Source: Mobula hypostoma (lineage: Eukaryota). From it: a stretch of DNA of 64,000 nt. Location of the stretch: contig NC_086097.1 in assembly GCF_963921235.1 (NCBI RefSeq), forward strand, positions 22,508,001 through 22,572,000. The letters are read 5' to 3'. Below the pieces are notes generated by a model. The model worked only from the letters and a program-made list of their open reading frames with translations. It had not been told where the DNA came from and ran no database searches. The position numbers and the translations under genes are program-made. This document shows, one piece after another, positions 50,692 through 63,900 of the stretch. The stretch's first letter is position 1. Each line of letters opens with the position of its first letter.

Positions 50692-51052
50692 CTTGTTATG
50701 GGTCAGATCAAAAATGCTCTTACCTTCCCATATAAAGCCTCAGCATCCATGGGTAATTGGTTTGTTCTTGAGTGAAATTCTTACTTGTTCACATCATTAG
50801 ATGCTCTGTTCCCTAATCCCACCTCCATGAACGCCTGATCCTTTTAACAGAGTCAGGACATCCTGGAAATTTCAGGGGATTGCTGATGTTATTTTGCCTG
50901 AGGTAATTAGTTACCTTTATTTTGCAAATTTTTAGCAAAAATGTTCTTGGATGTCTTACAATCTGTGCACTCCAAAAATTGCAGGACATCCAATTATAAT
51001 AAAATATTTTTGTTCATGTTGTGCATACTAAATTGCAATCAATATGAATATA

Positions 51053-53075
51053 CACTCAGTGGCTACTTTATTAGAAATGCTGCACACCCGCTCATCAATG
51101 CAAATGTCTAACCAGCCAATTATACGGCAGCAGTTCAAAGCATAAAAGCATGCGGACATGGTTGGCATGGTTTTATGAAAAGTGAAAAGTTTAAGGGGAA
51201 CATGAGGGGATACTTCAAAGAGGGTTGCGAAAGTGTGGAATGAGCTGCCAGCATAACTGATGCATTCGAGCTCGTTTTCAACATTTAAGAGAAGTTAGGA
51301 TAGGTACATGTTGATGGTCCTGGTGCAGGCTGATGGGAGTAGGCAGATTAAATGGTTTTAAGACCATAAGATATAGGAGCAGAAGTAGGCCATTCGGCCC
51401 ATCGAGCCTGCTCCACCATTCAATCATGGGCTGATCCAATTCTTCCAGTCATCCTCACTCCCCTGCTTTCACCCCATACCCTTTGATGCCCTGGCTAATC
51501 AAGAACCTATCTATCTCTGACTTAATACATCCAATGACTTGGCCTCCACAGCCACTCGTGGCAACAAATTCCACAGATTTACCACCCTCTTACTAAAGTA
51601 ATTTCTCCGCATCTCAGTTCTAAAAGGGCGTCCTTCAATCCTGAAGTCGTGACCTCTTGTCCTAGACTCCCCTACCATGGGAAATAACTTTGCCATATCT
51701 AATCTGTTCAGGCCTTTTAACACTCTGAATGTTTTGATGAGTCTCCCCCCCCCCCGCCCCCAAATTTCTCCTGATCTTCAGGGAATACAGCCCAAGAGCT
51801 GCCAGACGTTCCTCATACTGTAACCCTTTCATTCCTGGAATCATTCTCGTGAATCTTCTCTGAACCCGCTCCAATGTCAGTGTATCCTTTCTAAAATAAG
51901 GAGCCCAAAACTGCACACAATACTCCAAGTGTAGTCTCACGAGTGCCTTATAGAGCCTCAACATCACATCCCTGCTCTTATATTCTGTACCTCTAGAAAT
52001 GAATGCCAACATTGCAATCGCCTTCTTCACAACCGACTCAACCTGGAGGTTAACCTTTAGGGTATCTTGCACAAGGACTCCCAAATCCCTTTGCATCTCT
52101 GCATTTTGAATTCCCTCCCCATCTAAATAATAGTCTGCCTGTTTATTTCTTCCACCAAAGTGCATGACCATACACTTTCCAACATTGTATTTCATTTGCC
52201 ACTTCTTTGCTCATTCCCCTAAACTATCTAAGTCTCTCTGCTGGCTCTCTGTTTCCTCATCACTACCCGCTCCTCTACCTATTTTTGTATCATCGGCAAA
52301 TTTAGCCACAAATCCATTAATCCCATAGTCCAAATCATTAACATACATCATAAAAAGCAGTGGTTCCAACACCGACCTACGTGGAACTCCACTGGTAACC
52401 GGCAGCTAGCCAGAATAGGATCCCTTTATTCCCACTCTCTGTTTTCTGCCGGCCAGCCAATGCTCCACCCATGCTTGTAACTTCCCTGTAATTCCATGGG
52501 TTCTTATTTTGCTAAGCAGCCTCATGTGCGGCACCTTGTCAAAGGCCTTCTGAAAATCCAAGAACACCACGTGTACTTGAAGAAAATCCAAGTTTTAGCA
52601 TGGACTAGATGGGCTGAAGGGCCTGTTTCTGTGCTGTGCTTTGCAATGGTGAAGAGGTTCAGTTGTTGCTCAAACCAAATATCAGAATAGGGAAAATAGG
52701 TGATCTAAGTGACTGACTGTGGAATGATTGTTGGTGCCAGATGGGGTGGCTTGAGTATCTCCTGTAATTTTCATGCACAACATTCTCTGGGGCTTACAGA
52801 GGGCAGCGCAAGAAACAAAAATAAAACAATCCAGTGAACGAAAGTTCTGTGGGTGAAAATGCCTTTTTAATGAAAGCTCAAAGGAGAATGGGCAGACTGG
52901 TTCAAGCTGACAGGAAGGCAACAGTAAACCGGAGAGCTACACGTTATAACAGTGGTGTGCAGAAGAGCATTTCTGAACGCACAACATGCTGAACCTTGAA
53001 GTGGATGGGCTACATCAGCAAGAAGACCACAAACATACACACACAGTGGCCACTTTATTAGGTACAGGAGGTACA
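51053..53075 (+). mobile_element. Tc1-derived non-autonomous element split by nested CR1 copies (element parts ~51053-51163 and ~52648-53075)
   Basis: TA|cactcagtggctactttattag left end; MGK..DLSD..GMIVGARWGGLSIS Tc1 N-terminal remnant; cagtggccactttattaggtac at right end. Confidence 0.7.
51360..52575 (-). mobile_element. Relatively intact CR1 3' 1.2 kb (RT through tail)
   Basis: FLDFQKAFDKVPH, KFADDTK, RDLGVLV, LVRLHLEYCVQFWAPY, ESRTRGH. Confidence 0.9.
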
Positions 53076-53729
53076 TGAATTCCAGCGTCTACAGAGAAGT
53101 CTGTCATGTAAAGTTCTTGGAAAAAGAACCAAGCCATCTCTAAATAAATAACAGGATTGACAGACTTGACTAATGTGGAGAGACAGGACAAAATGGATTT
53201 AGTTGCCTTAGAGCATAGGAGAAAAGGAAATTAAAATATAGTCAATGTAGAAAAACTGTTTTCACTGACAGGAAAGTCAATAACCTGAACATTTGCCATA
53301 AGAATTGGCCAGCAAAATGAAGACTTTTGTTTGCTTTCTCTCTCTTTTTATAAACTCCTTTGAAATGATTTGGACTCCAAGGCTAAAAAGGCAATTAAAG
53401 CAGATTCAACATGAGCTTTTGAAGAAAATTGGATAAATATGAGCAAAAAGAAACAGTATTGCAGGTCTAATTGATCCTAGGCCTTGCTGTATTCCTGTTC
53501 GGGCTACAAAACTTAATGTTCCATATGCAGTCCATTCTGTGTTGTATTGTGTGCAAAGCCTTAACTCTGCACGTCATACAAATCAAAATGTCAATGGCAA
53601 CAGTTCCTCTGCAAAGATAAACATCCTGCAACTAAAGACCTATAAGTCTCCATGCCCATCCTGCGTGCTTCAGTGAGACGAGGGGAAATCGGACGAAACC
53701 TCCTCCCCTCAGGTTTAACTAAGGGAGTT

Positions 53730-55265
53730 TAGACCATAAAACATAGGAGCAGAAATAGGTGATTTTGTCCCAGCGTGTTTGCTCCATCATTTCATCATGG
53801 TTGATCCCTCTCAACCCCATTCTCCTGCCTTCTCCCCGTACCCTTCGGCTCCTTTACAATAAAGAACCTATCAACTTCGGCTTTAAGTACACCCAGTGGC
53901 TTGGCCTCCATGGCCAACTATGGGTGAATTCCACAGCTTTACCATCCTCTGGTGAAGGAGATTCCTCTTCATCTCTGTTCTAAAGGGACATCCTTTTAGT
54001 CTGAGGCTATCCCCTCTGGTCCTAGACTCCAGCACTATAGGAAACATCTCCCCCACATCCGCTCCATCTAGGCCTTTCAATACTTAGTAGGTTTTAAGGA
54101 GTTCCCCTCCACCCCCCCCCATCATTCTTCTAAACTCCGGCCAGTACAGGGCCAGAGCCATCAAATGCTCCTTATAGGTTAGTCCTTTCATTCGTGGAAT
54201 CATTCTCATGAACCTGCTCTGCACTGTCTCCAATGCCAGCACATAACTAAGGGGCCCAAAACTGCTCACAATACTCCAAGTGAGACCTCACCAGTGTCTT
54301 ATAAAGCCTTAGCATTACAGCCTTGTTGTTATATTCTAGTCCTCTCAAAATGAATACTAACTTTACATTTCTTTTTATCGACTCAACCTGGAAGTTAACC
54401 ATTAGGGAATCCTGAGCAAGGACTCGCAACTCCCTTTGCACCTCTGATTTCCAAATTTTCTCCCCACTTAGTAAATAGTCTAGGCCTATATAGCTTCTAC
54501 TAAAGTGCATAACCATACACTTCCCTAATTAGACCAGGTAATTCGCAATTCTCTTCACAGGTTCCAGCAACTTTTAACCATCAACAAGGTCAGTGTTCAT
54601 TTCTCCATAGTGACTGAAATTGGTGCAAATGTGTGCAAATGTCTTAAGAGGAAAAGCTGAGCAAGCTAAGGTATTTTTCTTTGGTGCGAAGAAGGATGGG
54701 AGATAGAGGTGTATAAGATCATAAGAAGTACAGATTGAGTAGATAGCCAAAGATTTTATCCCAGGGCAGAAATGGCTAATACACGGGGGCATTATCTAAA
54801 CGTCTGTTCGGTGTTGCAATCCATTACTTCCACTGGTGGTTCATTCCCCACTTGCATCACCCTCCAAGAGAAGAAGTTCTGCATCAGGTTCCCGATAAAT
54901 ATTTCACCTTTCAATCTTCACCTATGACCTCTAGTTGTAGTCTCACCCAACCTCAGTGGAAATGGCATGCTTCTATTTATCCTATCTATACTCTCATAAT
55001 TTTGTGTACCTCTGTCAAATCTCCCTCACTCAAGGAATAAAGTCCTAACCTGTTCAACCTTTCCTTCTAGCTCAAATTCTCAAATCCTGACTGCATCCTT
55101 GTAAATATTCTCTGCACTCTTTCAATCATATTGATGTCTTTTCTGTAAGTAGTTGACCAGAACTGCTCACAGTACTCTAAATTTGGCCTCACCAATGTCT
55201 TGTACAAATTCAACATAACATCCCAATCGGTGTACTCAGTGCTCTGATTTATGAAGGCCAATCTT
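53730..55265 (-). mobile_element. Cluster of CR1 3' fragments (mostly - strand)
   Basis: LYKTLVRSHLEYCEQFWAP; LYKTLVRPNLEYCEQFWSTTYRKD. Confidence 0.8.
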
Positions 55266-55636
55266 TAGCCTTTGAATGGCCAACTTGCCCCCCCCCACCA
55301 CCACTTCTCTTGGCCCAGTTCCTGACCTCGCCCCCTCCAGCTTCCTGATCGCATTGAATCATATTCAAGAGATTGCAGATTTGGTCCACTGCCACTCGGT
55401 GATGGTAAGGAAACAATGTTAATTAGGCACCTAGTAGATCAGTAATTTTAGCAGGAGCTCTATTCTTATTCTTCTGGGGTACTGCATCTATGTCCCGAGG
55501 ATCCTTCCATTGAATATTAGGATATTTGCCTCTGTGAGACCAAGAATTTTGCTTGCTTTACCAATCTGATGGACTTAACCATCTTCAGATTCGAATAGAC
55601 GAAGCTGAAGGCTTTCCTGTTATTGCAGCCATTTCA

Positions 55637-55776
55637 AGTCACGATGAAGGGTCTCGGTCTAAACGTCAGCTCTTCATTTCTTTCCATCGATGCTGCCTGA
55701 GCTGCTGAGCTCCTCCAGTGTTTTGAGTGTGTAACTCTGGATTTCCAGCATCTGCAGAATCTCTAGTGGTTATGGT
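55637..55776 (+). mobile_element. 140-bp Penelope-end insertion with 14-bp TSD
   Basis: TSD ttgcagccatttca at 55623-55636 and 55777-55790; insert starts at a degenerate hammerhead (agtcacgatgaagggtctcggtctaaacgtc). Confidence 0.8.
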
Positions 55777-56736
55777 TTGCAGCCATTTCAGTCTGGAAGT
55801 TCATGGAAGAGTGAAAAATGGCACATTAAATTGCAATTTAGCAAATGGTAAATAAGGCAAAAATAATAATGGAAATACACCACAGAAAAGAGACTAAGGA
55901 ATTAAATGGCAAGGCATTCAAGTTTAGAGAACCCATGTGATTTCCAAGGACAAGCAAGGAGACAATCATTAAAGATTAGTCAGAAATGGCCCTTTGCAAT
56001 GAAACAGGCAGCACCTCATTCAGAACCAGTAACAACAGCCATCAATCACAAGCAAATCTTTACAAAAGAGCTCATTATATCATCCAGGAACCCATAACAA
56101 ATACACAACGACGGCTCATATCATGACTCTACATCAGAACTGAACACTTTATGAGTCGAACACTAATGCATAATGAGAAAGCCTTAAGTAGTGATCTGAA
56201 CTACAGAAGGAAAAACACTTAAATATATTATTGCCCATTTAGTGGGAAATTGCATTCCATTTCACCTCGCCTGAAATGTATGATGCATGTACAAAATTGT
56301 TATCTATTCATTTGCACAAAGCCAAATGACATTGAAGAACAAAAAAATTAAAACACAAAAACTGCACACACATTCCCATCATCGGGTCATTCATCTGTCA
56401 TTTGATGTAGAAATGAAGCTGCCCTTTTAGACAGCATGAGTCTGAAAAAGACTGGCAATAGCTAGTCTGCAACTTAACTCTTTTATTCTGTTAGCTTGAC
56501 CTTCAGTAGATTTTTGTTAGCAAGAATATTAGCCTCAGTTTTGATATTTTCGATTATACTCTCAAGCGAACTTGAAAGGAAGATTTGCAACACTGGCTCA
56601 ATATGTTCTTGAAGATTTCAACATTGAACCTCCTTCCTCTGACTATACAATATACTTCAAAAAAATCTACAGTACAGGATTAATGATGACCAGGATTCAA
56701 AATTGTTTATTGTCTTCCTTTATTACAGAAATAAAT

Positions 56737-57046
56737 GGGCACGTGGCCAAGCGGTTAAGGCATTCGACTAGCGATCTGAAGGTCGTGAGTTCGAGCCCCA
56801 GCCGAGGCAACGTGTTGTGTCCTTGAGCAAGGCACTTAGTCACACATTGCTCTGCGACGACACTGGTGCCAAGCTGTATGGGTCCTAATGCCCTTCCCTT
56901 GGACAACATCAGTGGCGGGGAGAGGGGAGACTTGCAGCGTGGGCAACTGCCTATCTTCCATACAACCTTGCCCAGGCCTGTGCCATGGAGTGCGAAGACT
57001 TTTCAGGCGCAGATCCATGATCTCGCAAGACTAACGGATGCCTTTA
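56737..57046 (+). mobile_element. tRNA-headed SINE with tail shared with the 37737 element
   Basis: A box tggccaagcgg, B box gagttcgagcc; TSD attacagaaat at 56722-56732 and 57047-57057. Confidence 0.85.
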
Positions 57047-57604
57047 ATTACAGAAATGTAAAAGAGAATGAAATGATTGTTGCTCTGGATCTGATACAGC
57101 ATTAAAAAAACAATACGCATAAAAAATCAATGCTATAGAACACTATGAGTGTGGCCACATATACGTAAGATTAGATTGTATGCAGAGACTGTATCGACAT
57201 AAAGTGAGTCTAGGTGCAACAGTATCTGAACATAAAGGTGACATAAAGAGAACAATGTCCATATAAAGTTCTAACTTTGCTATGATTTTTCAAATTGTGT
57301 TTGATTACAAAATAAATCTGGACTTTTAAGGCAAACCCAGAGAGCTGTAGAGGGTCTCTTTAACCAGAGACCATTGCATGACATTTATACTGTGAGGCTG
57401 CTGCCTGTAAAGAGTTTGTACATTCTCCCCGTGACTGACTGGGTTTCCTCCGGGTGCTCCCGGTTTCCTACCACAGTCCAAAAATACCGGTTGGTAGGTT
57501 AATTGGCCTTTTTAAATTGTCCTGTGATTAGGCTAGGATTAAGTCAGGGGATTGCTGGGTGGCAGGTCTTGAAGGGCTGGAAGGACATATTCTGCACTAA
57601 ATCT

Positions 57605-59107
57605 CAGAGCGTATAAAAAGCATTCCCACCTCCTCTCTTGGAAGTTTTCATGTTTTATTGTTTTACAATGTTGAATCACGGTGAATTTAATTTGGCTTTT
57701 CTGACACTGATCAACAGAAAAAAGACTGTTTCATGTCAAAGTGAAAAGAAATCTCTACAAAGTGATCTAAATTAATTACAAATATAAAACACGAAATAAT
57801 GGATTGTATAAGTATTCACCCCCTTTTAATATGACACACCAAATCATCACTGGTGCAGCTAATTGGTTTTAGAAGTCACATAGTTAGTTAAATGGAGATC
57901 ACCTGTGTGCAGCCAAGGTGTTTCAAATGATTGTAGTAAAAATACACCTGTATTTGGAAGGTCCAACTGCTGGTGAGTCAGTACCTTGGCAGGAACTACA
58001 CCATGAAGACAAAAGAACAATCCAAGTAATTCTGTGAAAAGGTTAATAAAGAGCACAAGTCAGGGGATGGCTACAAGAACACTTCCAAATCACTTAGAGT
58101 ACAGTTAAGTTAGTTATCGAGAAATGGAAAGAATATGGCACAGCTGTAAATCTGCTGAGGGCAGGCCGTCCTCAAAAACTGAGTGACCATGCAAGAAGGG
58201 AACTAGTGAGAGAGGCCACCAAGAGACCTATGACAACTCTGGAGGAGTTACAAGCTTCAGTGGCTGAGATGGGAGAGACTGTGCATACAAAAACAGTTGC
58301 CTGGGTATTTCACCATTTGCAGCTTTATGCGAGAGTGGCAAAGAGAAAACCACATGAAATCTTGGCATGTGTAAGACTCGGAAGTCAGCTACACATCATT
58401 AAAAACACACCAACCCTACCGTGAAGCATGGTGGTGGCTGCATCATGCTCTGGGGATGCTTCACTGCAGTAGGTCTTGGAAGTCTTGCGAATGTAGAGGG
58501 TAAAATGAATGCAACAAATACAGGAAAATCCTGGAGGAAAACCTGATGCAGTCTGCAAGAGAACTGTGACTTGAGAGAAGATTTGTTTGCCAGCCAGACA
58601 ATGACCTCAAGCATAAAGCCAAAGCTACAGGCAAATGGCTTAAAAACAACAAAGTTAATGTCTTGGAGTGGCCAAGTCTGAGTCCAGACCTCAATTCAAT
58701 TGAGAATTTGTAGCTGGACTTGAAAAGGGCTGTTCATTCACGATCCCCATGCAATCTGACAGAGCTTGAGCAGTTTTGTAAAGAAGAATGGGGGAAAAAC
58801 TATAGTGTCCAGATGTACAAAGCTGATAGAGGCCTATCCACACATCAACAAGGCTGTAATTACTGCTAAAGGTGCATCCACTAAATACTGACTTGAAGGT
58901 GGTGATGACTTATGCAATCAATTATTTTGTGTGTTATATTTGTAATTAATTTAGATGACTTTGTAGAGATCTGTTTTCATTTTGACACTTTTTTTTTGTT
59001 GATTGGTGTCCAAAAAAAAAACAAATTAAATCTACTGTGATTCAATGTTGTAAAGCAATAAAACATGTAAACTCCTGGGGATGTGTGAATACTTTTTATA
59101 GGCACTG
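57605..59107 (+). mobile_element. Second decayed Tc1 copy of the same family (transposase ~58003-58891)
   Basis: Ends cagagcgtataaaaagcattc and gaatactttttataggcactg|[38 protein letters not shown]. Confidence 0.9.
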
Positions 59108-59164
59108 TAATAAATAAATGAAAAGCTTTCTGCACCAATTGATGTTGCTACAGGTGGAGATGGC

Positions 59165-59460
59165 ATTTATTTATTTATTTATATTAGAGATATAGCACAG
59201 AAGAAGCCCTTCCCACCCAATGAGATGCACTGCCCAGCAACCCAGCTATTTAACACTAGCCTAATTACAGGACAATTTACAATAATCAATTAACCTACTA
59301 GTCGGGATACCTTTGGACTCTGGGAGGAAACCTGACCAACCAAAGGAAACCCATGCGGTCACGGGGACAATTTGCAAACTCATGGATGCAACTAGAATTG
59401 AACTTCTGAAATCCCCCTCAAGCTGTAATAACATCACGTTAACTGCTGTATTACTGTGTA
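59165..59460 (-). mobile_element. V-SINE-like element
   Basis: (ttta)n tail complement; caattaacctac..tttggactctgggaggaaacc. Confidence 0.65.
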
Positions 59461-59476
59461 GTTGTGTTGTTGTGTT

Positions 59477-59777
59477 GGCACGTGGCCAAGTGGTTAAGGC
59501 GTTGGTCTAGTGATCTGAAGGTCGCTAGTTTGAGCCTTGGCTGAGGCAGCGTGTTGTGTCCTTGAGCAAGGTACTTAACCACACATTGCTCTGCGACGAC
59601 ACCGGTGCCAAGCTGTATGGGTCCTAATGCCCTTCCCTTGGACAACATTGGTGTCATGGAGTGGGGAGACTTGCAGCATGGGCAACTGCCGGTCTTCCAT
59701 ACAACCTTGCCCAGGCCTGCGCCTGGAAACCTTCCAAGGTGCAAATCCATGGTCTCACGAAACTAATGGATGCCTAT
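59477..59777 (+). mobile_element. tRNA-headed SINE, second copy
   Basis: Colinear with 56737-57046. Confidence 0.85.
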
Positions 59778-62700
59778 AGAATATATAGAACAGTGTAGTT
59801 ACATGAATAACTATTTCATTTGGTGTGTGCCTGTTATCAGAAAAATGTCAGGTCTATAAATGGAGTACCAGTACCATTCCAAGCTTTACACTTAATAATT
59901 CTGAATTCTTATTATTAGAGATATTGTTTTGGTTTTCCCTTGTTCTTCCTCAGTAGACTGTGCAATTATTTGATCTGTATGACCAGTATGCAAGATGAGT
60001 TTTTCACTGTATTTTGGTGCATGTACCATAATATGCCAATACCAAGTTTGTTGTGATTTCACCTGGACTCTGTGTCTCTGTTGTTTCCTCCGTGCATATA
60101 ACAGTGTGATAGTGACCAGGGGAAATCACTTTTTTTTCCTGATTTTTTCTGACCAGATAATGGCAAAAAAGAGTTATGTGAGCTCACTTTTAAGCGCTCT
60201 ACAACTCATCTTCTCAGTCTTATTTATTTATTTATGCGTGTATTTATCTATTTATTATTTATTTGTTTTCTTGTTTTTGTGTGTGCAGAATTTATCTTTT
60301 GTACATTGGTAGTTGAACACTCTGTGTAGTTTTTCATTGATTCTATTGTATTTTGTTCTACTATGAATGCCTGCTAGAAAATGAATCTCAGGATAGTGTA
60401 TAGTGACATATACATACTTCGTTAATTTATTTTGAACTTTGAATTTTGAACTGACTTGTGTTATGTCCGTGGTAAGATTCTTTAATAGCAGATTAAAGGA
60501 TTAGATGGGATTGGACATTTGTTCCTTATATCAAAGGCATATCAGAATGAATGAAATCGTCTTTCTTTTTATACTTCCCAATGTTGTTTAAAGTTTCTCC
60601 ATTACTTGCTAATATTTCTTCCAGTCTTGCAAGGCTGTTCTCTTTCCTTATCTGCTGGTGGGTGTGCTGAGATTTGGATTTCTCTCTCAAAGTTTTCCTA
60701 GCTGCCTTCCTCTCTTTAATATCTCTTTCACCAAGTAATTAGTCAGTTATCTTTATATGGCTTGGTGTTAAATTTTGACTGAGTATTCCTAAAACGCACA
60801 ACCTGGCTGATGCTATTGTTATTGGGAAGCAGGTTGACTGGTTTGGTAAGTGAGACAGAAGGCACTGATTATGAATGAGCACATTAGCCGTTTATTTTCG
60901 GACAAACAGTAAAACATTTGACCAAACATCTAAGCCACCTGAAGTTACAAAGCTGCACGCTAATCTTTCAGTAACACTTCTCTCTCAACAGGTCTCTCCA
61001 AGTTACACAACTACAAAACTAAGCATTCAATAAACAGATACTTAGCTAAGTATGTGCATGGGTCCTTCTATATCTGCAGCACACTTTCCCAATGGTTGTT
61101 CAGCATTGGTGACAACCTCAGTATGAAGGTAAGCTCCTGGAGACAAAGTAAAGAGCGCTTGTCTCTCGCACATGCTATTCTTATACCCCTGAGGTACCCG
61201 GAACCAGACACCATTGCCATAGTGAGAAAGGCAACCGATGGGAAATAGCTGCTGCATCTTTCAAACGGGCCAGTCAATGCCCAGCGCAGCAGAAGCGGCC
61301 GTCAACCGACAAGTAAACTAACCCTTCACGTTACAGTTATATTTTATAATGCTGTTTACATTGTAAATTCATGCCTGTATTTATTTATTTATAAACTTTT
61401 TATCTGTCGTTTAAACTCTAACTTTATTACTTTTCAATTTATATATATAATTTATTTTTAACATAATTCTTTCTGTAAAATTGATAAATATTGTTTTTGT
61501 AGCATATCACACTCTGACCAACACACCACAGCAAATTCCTAATACATTTAAATAAATATGGCAATTAAAATTGATCCTTGATGTAATGGTACCTGTGTGC
61601 ACGTGAGGCCTAATACATCTTTTGTCCACATAATAAGTTAACATAATCTTTTTTTTTGGCACTTGTTCATCCTAAATAAAGTACAAATGACATTTTAGCT
61701 TTACCCAGCTGATATTTTTATGAACTAATTCATATTTTATAGTATACTTATTTTGTAATCTGTACTGGCTGTCAACTGAATTACAAGCCAATGACTGCGT
61801 AAATAGTGGAAAGCAGCAGGAACAATTGAAATGCTGTCTGAAACAAGCCAATGGATTAGGTCTATAAAAAGCAAAGGATGCAGTCAACGGTTAAGATGTA
61901 CTACATGGTGCTGTTTAACACAGTGGGCCTTAAATTCACTGGAAGTATTCAAGACAGGAGGATATACTGAGTACATGAAGTTGAGATGGTAGATGTAGTT
62001 GCCACAGTACGTAATACTAATCGGGCTATTGGAGATCAAATCTAATGCAACAAAACAGCTCCAACAGGCAAATGACACAGCTTGATGTACAAGCGAAGCA
62101 ACATAAGGAAAGAAACGCAGATTTTGGAAACCTGAAACTTTAAAAAAAACTGAAAATACTGAAAGCATTTAGCAGGTCAGGCAGTATCTGTGGAAAAAGA
62201 ACTATAATTAGGATTTCAGGTTAAAGAGTTTTCATTTGAACTGTTAGATGTGCACACTTCAACCTGAAACATCTGCTCCATGTTTCCAGCATTCTGTGGT
62301 TTTTGGACATGCCACGAGATGACTCAACGCATTAATTTCCACTAAATATCTCTCTTGGGGTTTGAAGTACAGTAAAATACCTTTCGTGTGTCTGTTTAAG
62401 GAGGGATTTGCCATCTGAGAAGATTATTAATTTCTCCAATAAATAGGTTGATTTATGAAAAAAGACTAAGAATTGTTGTGTTTGTATTCAGTGGAGATTA
62501 GATTAGAAGAATAAGCAGTGATCTTATTGAAATTTATGTTTTTAGGGGGTAGATACTGTAATGGGGAACATTGTAACTGGAACGCAGAGTTTCAGAATAA
62601 ACATTCACCCATTCAAGATGGGAACGAGGAGGTTTTAATTTCCCACACAGCATCCTGACTTTTGGACTTCCCTACCCAAGAGAGCTCTGGAGACTGAGTT

Positions 62701-62929
62701 TTAAGCATATTCAGGGCTGAGATGGTGAGCTTGAGGGATATGAGATGAAGGCAGTGGTGAGTCAGCAGGAGAGTGGAGTTCAGGCCATCAGATCAACTGA
62801 TGGCTTTGAATGCTAGGGCAGGGCTTATGGATTGTTTGACCAAAGTTGGCTTTGTACCTGAGGCAATGGACAATCTGCTCGAGGAAACCAGTAGATTCAG
62901 CTGCATCTGTGGGAGAAAAGGAACTATCC

Positions 62930-63900
62930 TATCAGGTCAGCGGTAGGTGATAAGAGTGGGCTCCCTTTATCTTCACCCCTCTGACTTTCAATACAGGAGC
63001 CCCTCAGGGGTATGTACTAAGTCCCCACCTTTACTCGTATACCCATGACTGTGTCACCACCCACAGCTCTAGTCTGCTAATTACATTTGTCGATAACACT
63101 ACATTGATTGGCCTTATCTCAAAAAATAACGAGGTGGCCTACAGGGAAGAAGTCATGTCTCTGACACAGTGGTGTCAAGAAAACAACCTCTCCCACAATG
63201 TCACAAAAACAAAGGAGCTGGTTGTGGATTACAGGAGGAATGGAGATGGGTTAACCCCTATTGACATCAATGGATCTGGGGTTGAGAGGATAAACAGCTT
63301 TAAGTTCCTCGGCATCCACATCACTGAGGACCTCACGTGGTCTGTACACACCAGCTGTGTGTAAAAAGACACAACAGCGCCTCTTTCACCTCAGGCGGTT
63401 GAGGAAGTTTGGTATGGGCCCCAGGGGAACAATTGAGAGCCTCCTGACTGGCTGCATCACTGTCTGGTATGGGAACTGTACCTCCCTTAATCGCAGGACT
63501 CTGCAGAGAGTGATGCAGACAGCCCAGTGCATCTGTAGTTGTGAACTTCCCATGATTCAGTACATTTACCAAGACAGGTGTGTAAAAAGGGCCCAAAGGA
63601 TCATTGGGGACCCAAGTCACCCCAACCACAATCGATTCCAGCTGCTACCATCCGGGAAATGGTACTGCAGCATAAAAGCCAGGACCAACAGGCTCCAAGA
63701 CAGCTTCTTCCACCAGGCCATCAGACTGATTAACTCACGCTGATTTGAGTGTATTTTATGTTACATTGACTGTTCTATTTATTATAAATTATTATAAATT
63801 ACTATGATTACACACTGCACATCTAGACAGAGACATAACGTAAAGATTTTTACTCATGTATGTGAAGGATGTAAGAAATCAAGTCAATTCAATTGAATTC
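62930..63900 (+). mobile_element. Rex1/Babar-type LINE 3' part
   Basis: TGAPQGYVLSP, FVDNTTLIGLI, FKFLGIHI, QQRLFHLRRLRKFGM, SFFHQAIRLINS; (aattc)n tail; same family as 3091-4270. Confidence 0.88.

Noticed and set aside
56737..56810. tRNA gene
   Set aside because: A and B boxes are present, but the acceptor stem does not close and the sequence runs into a repeated SINE body with a TSD.
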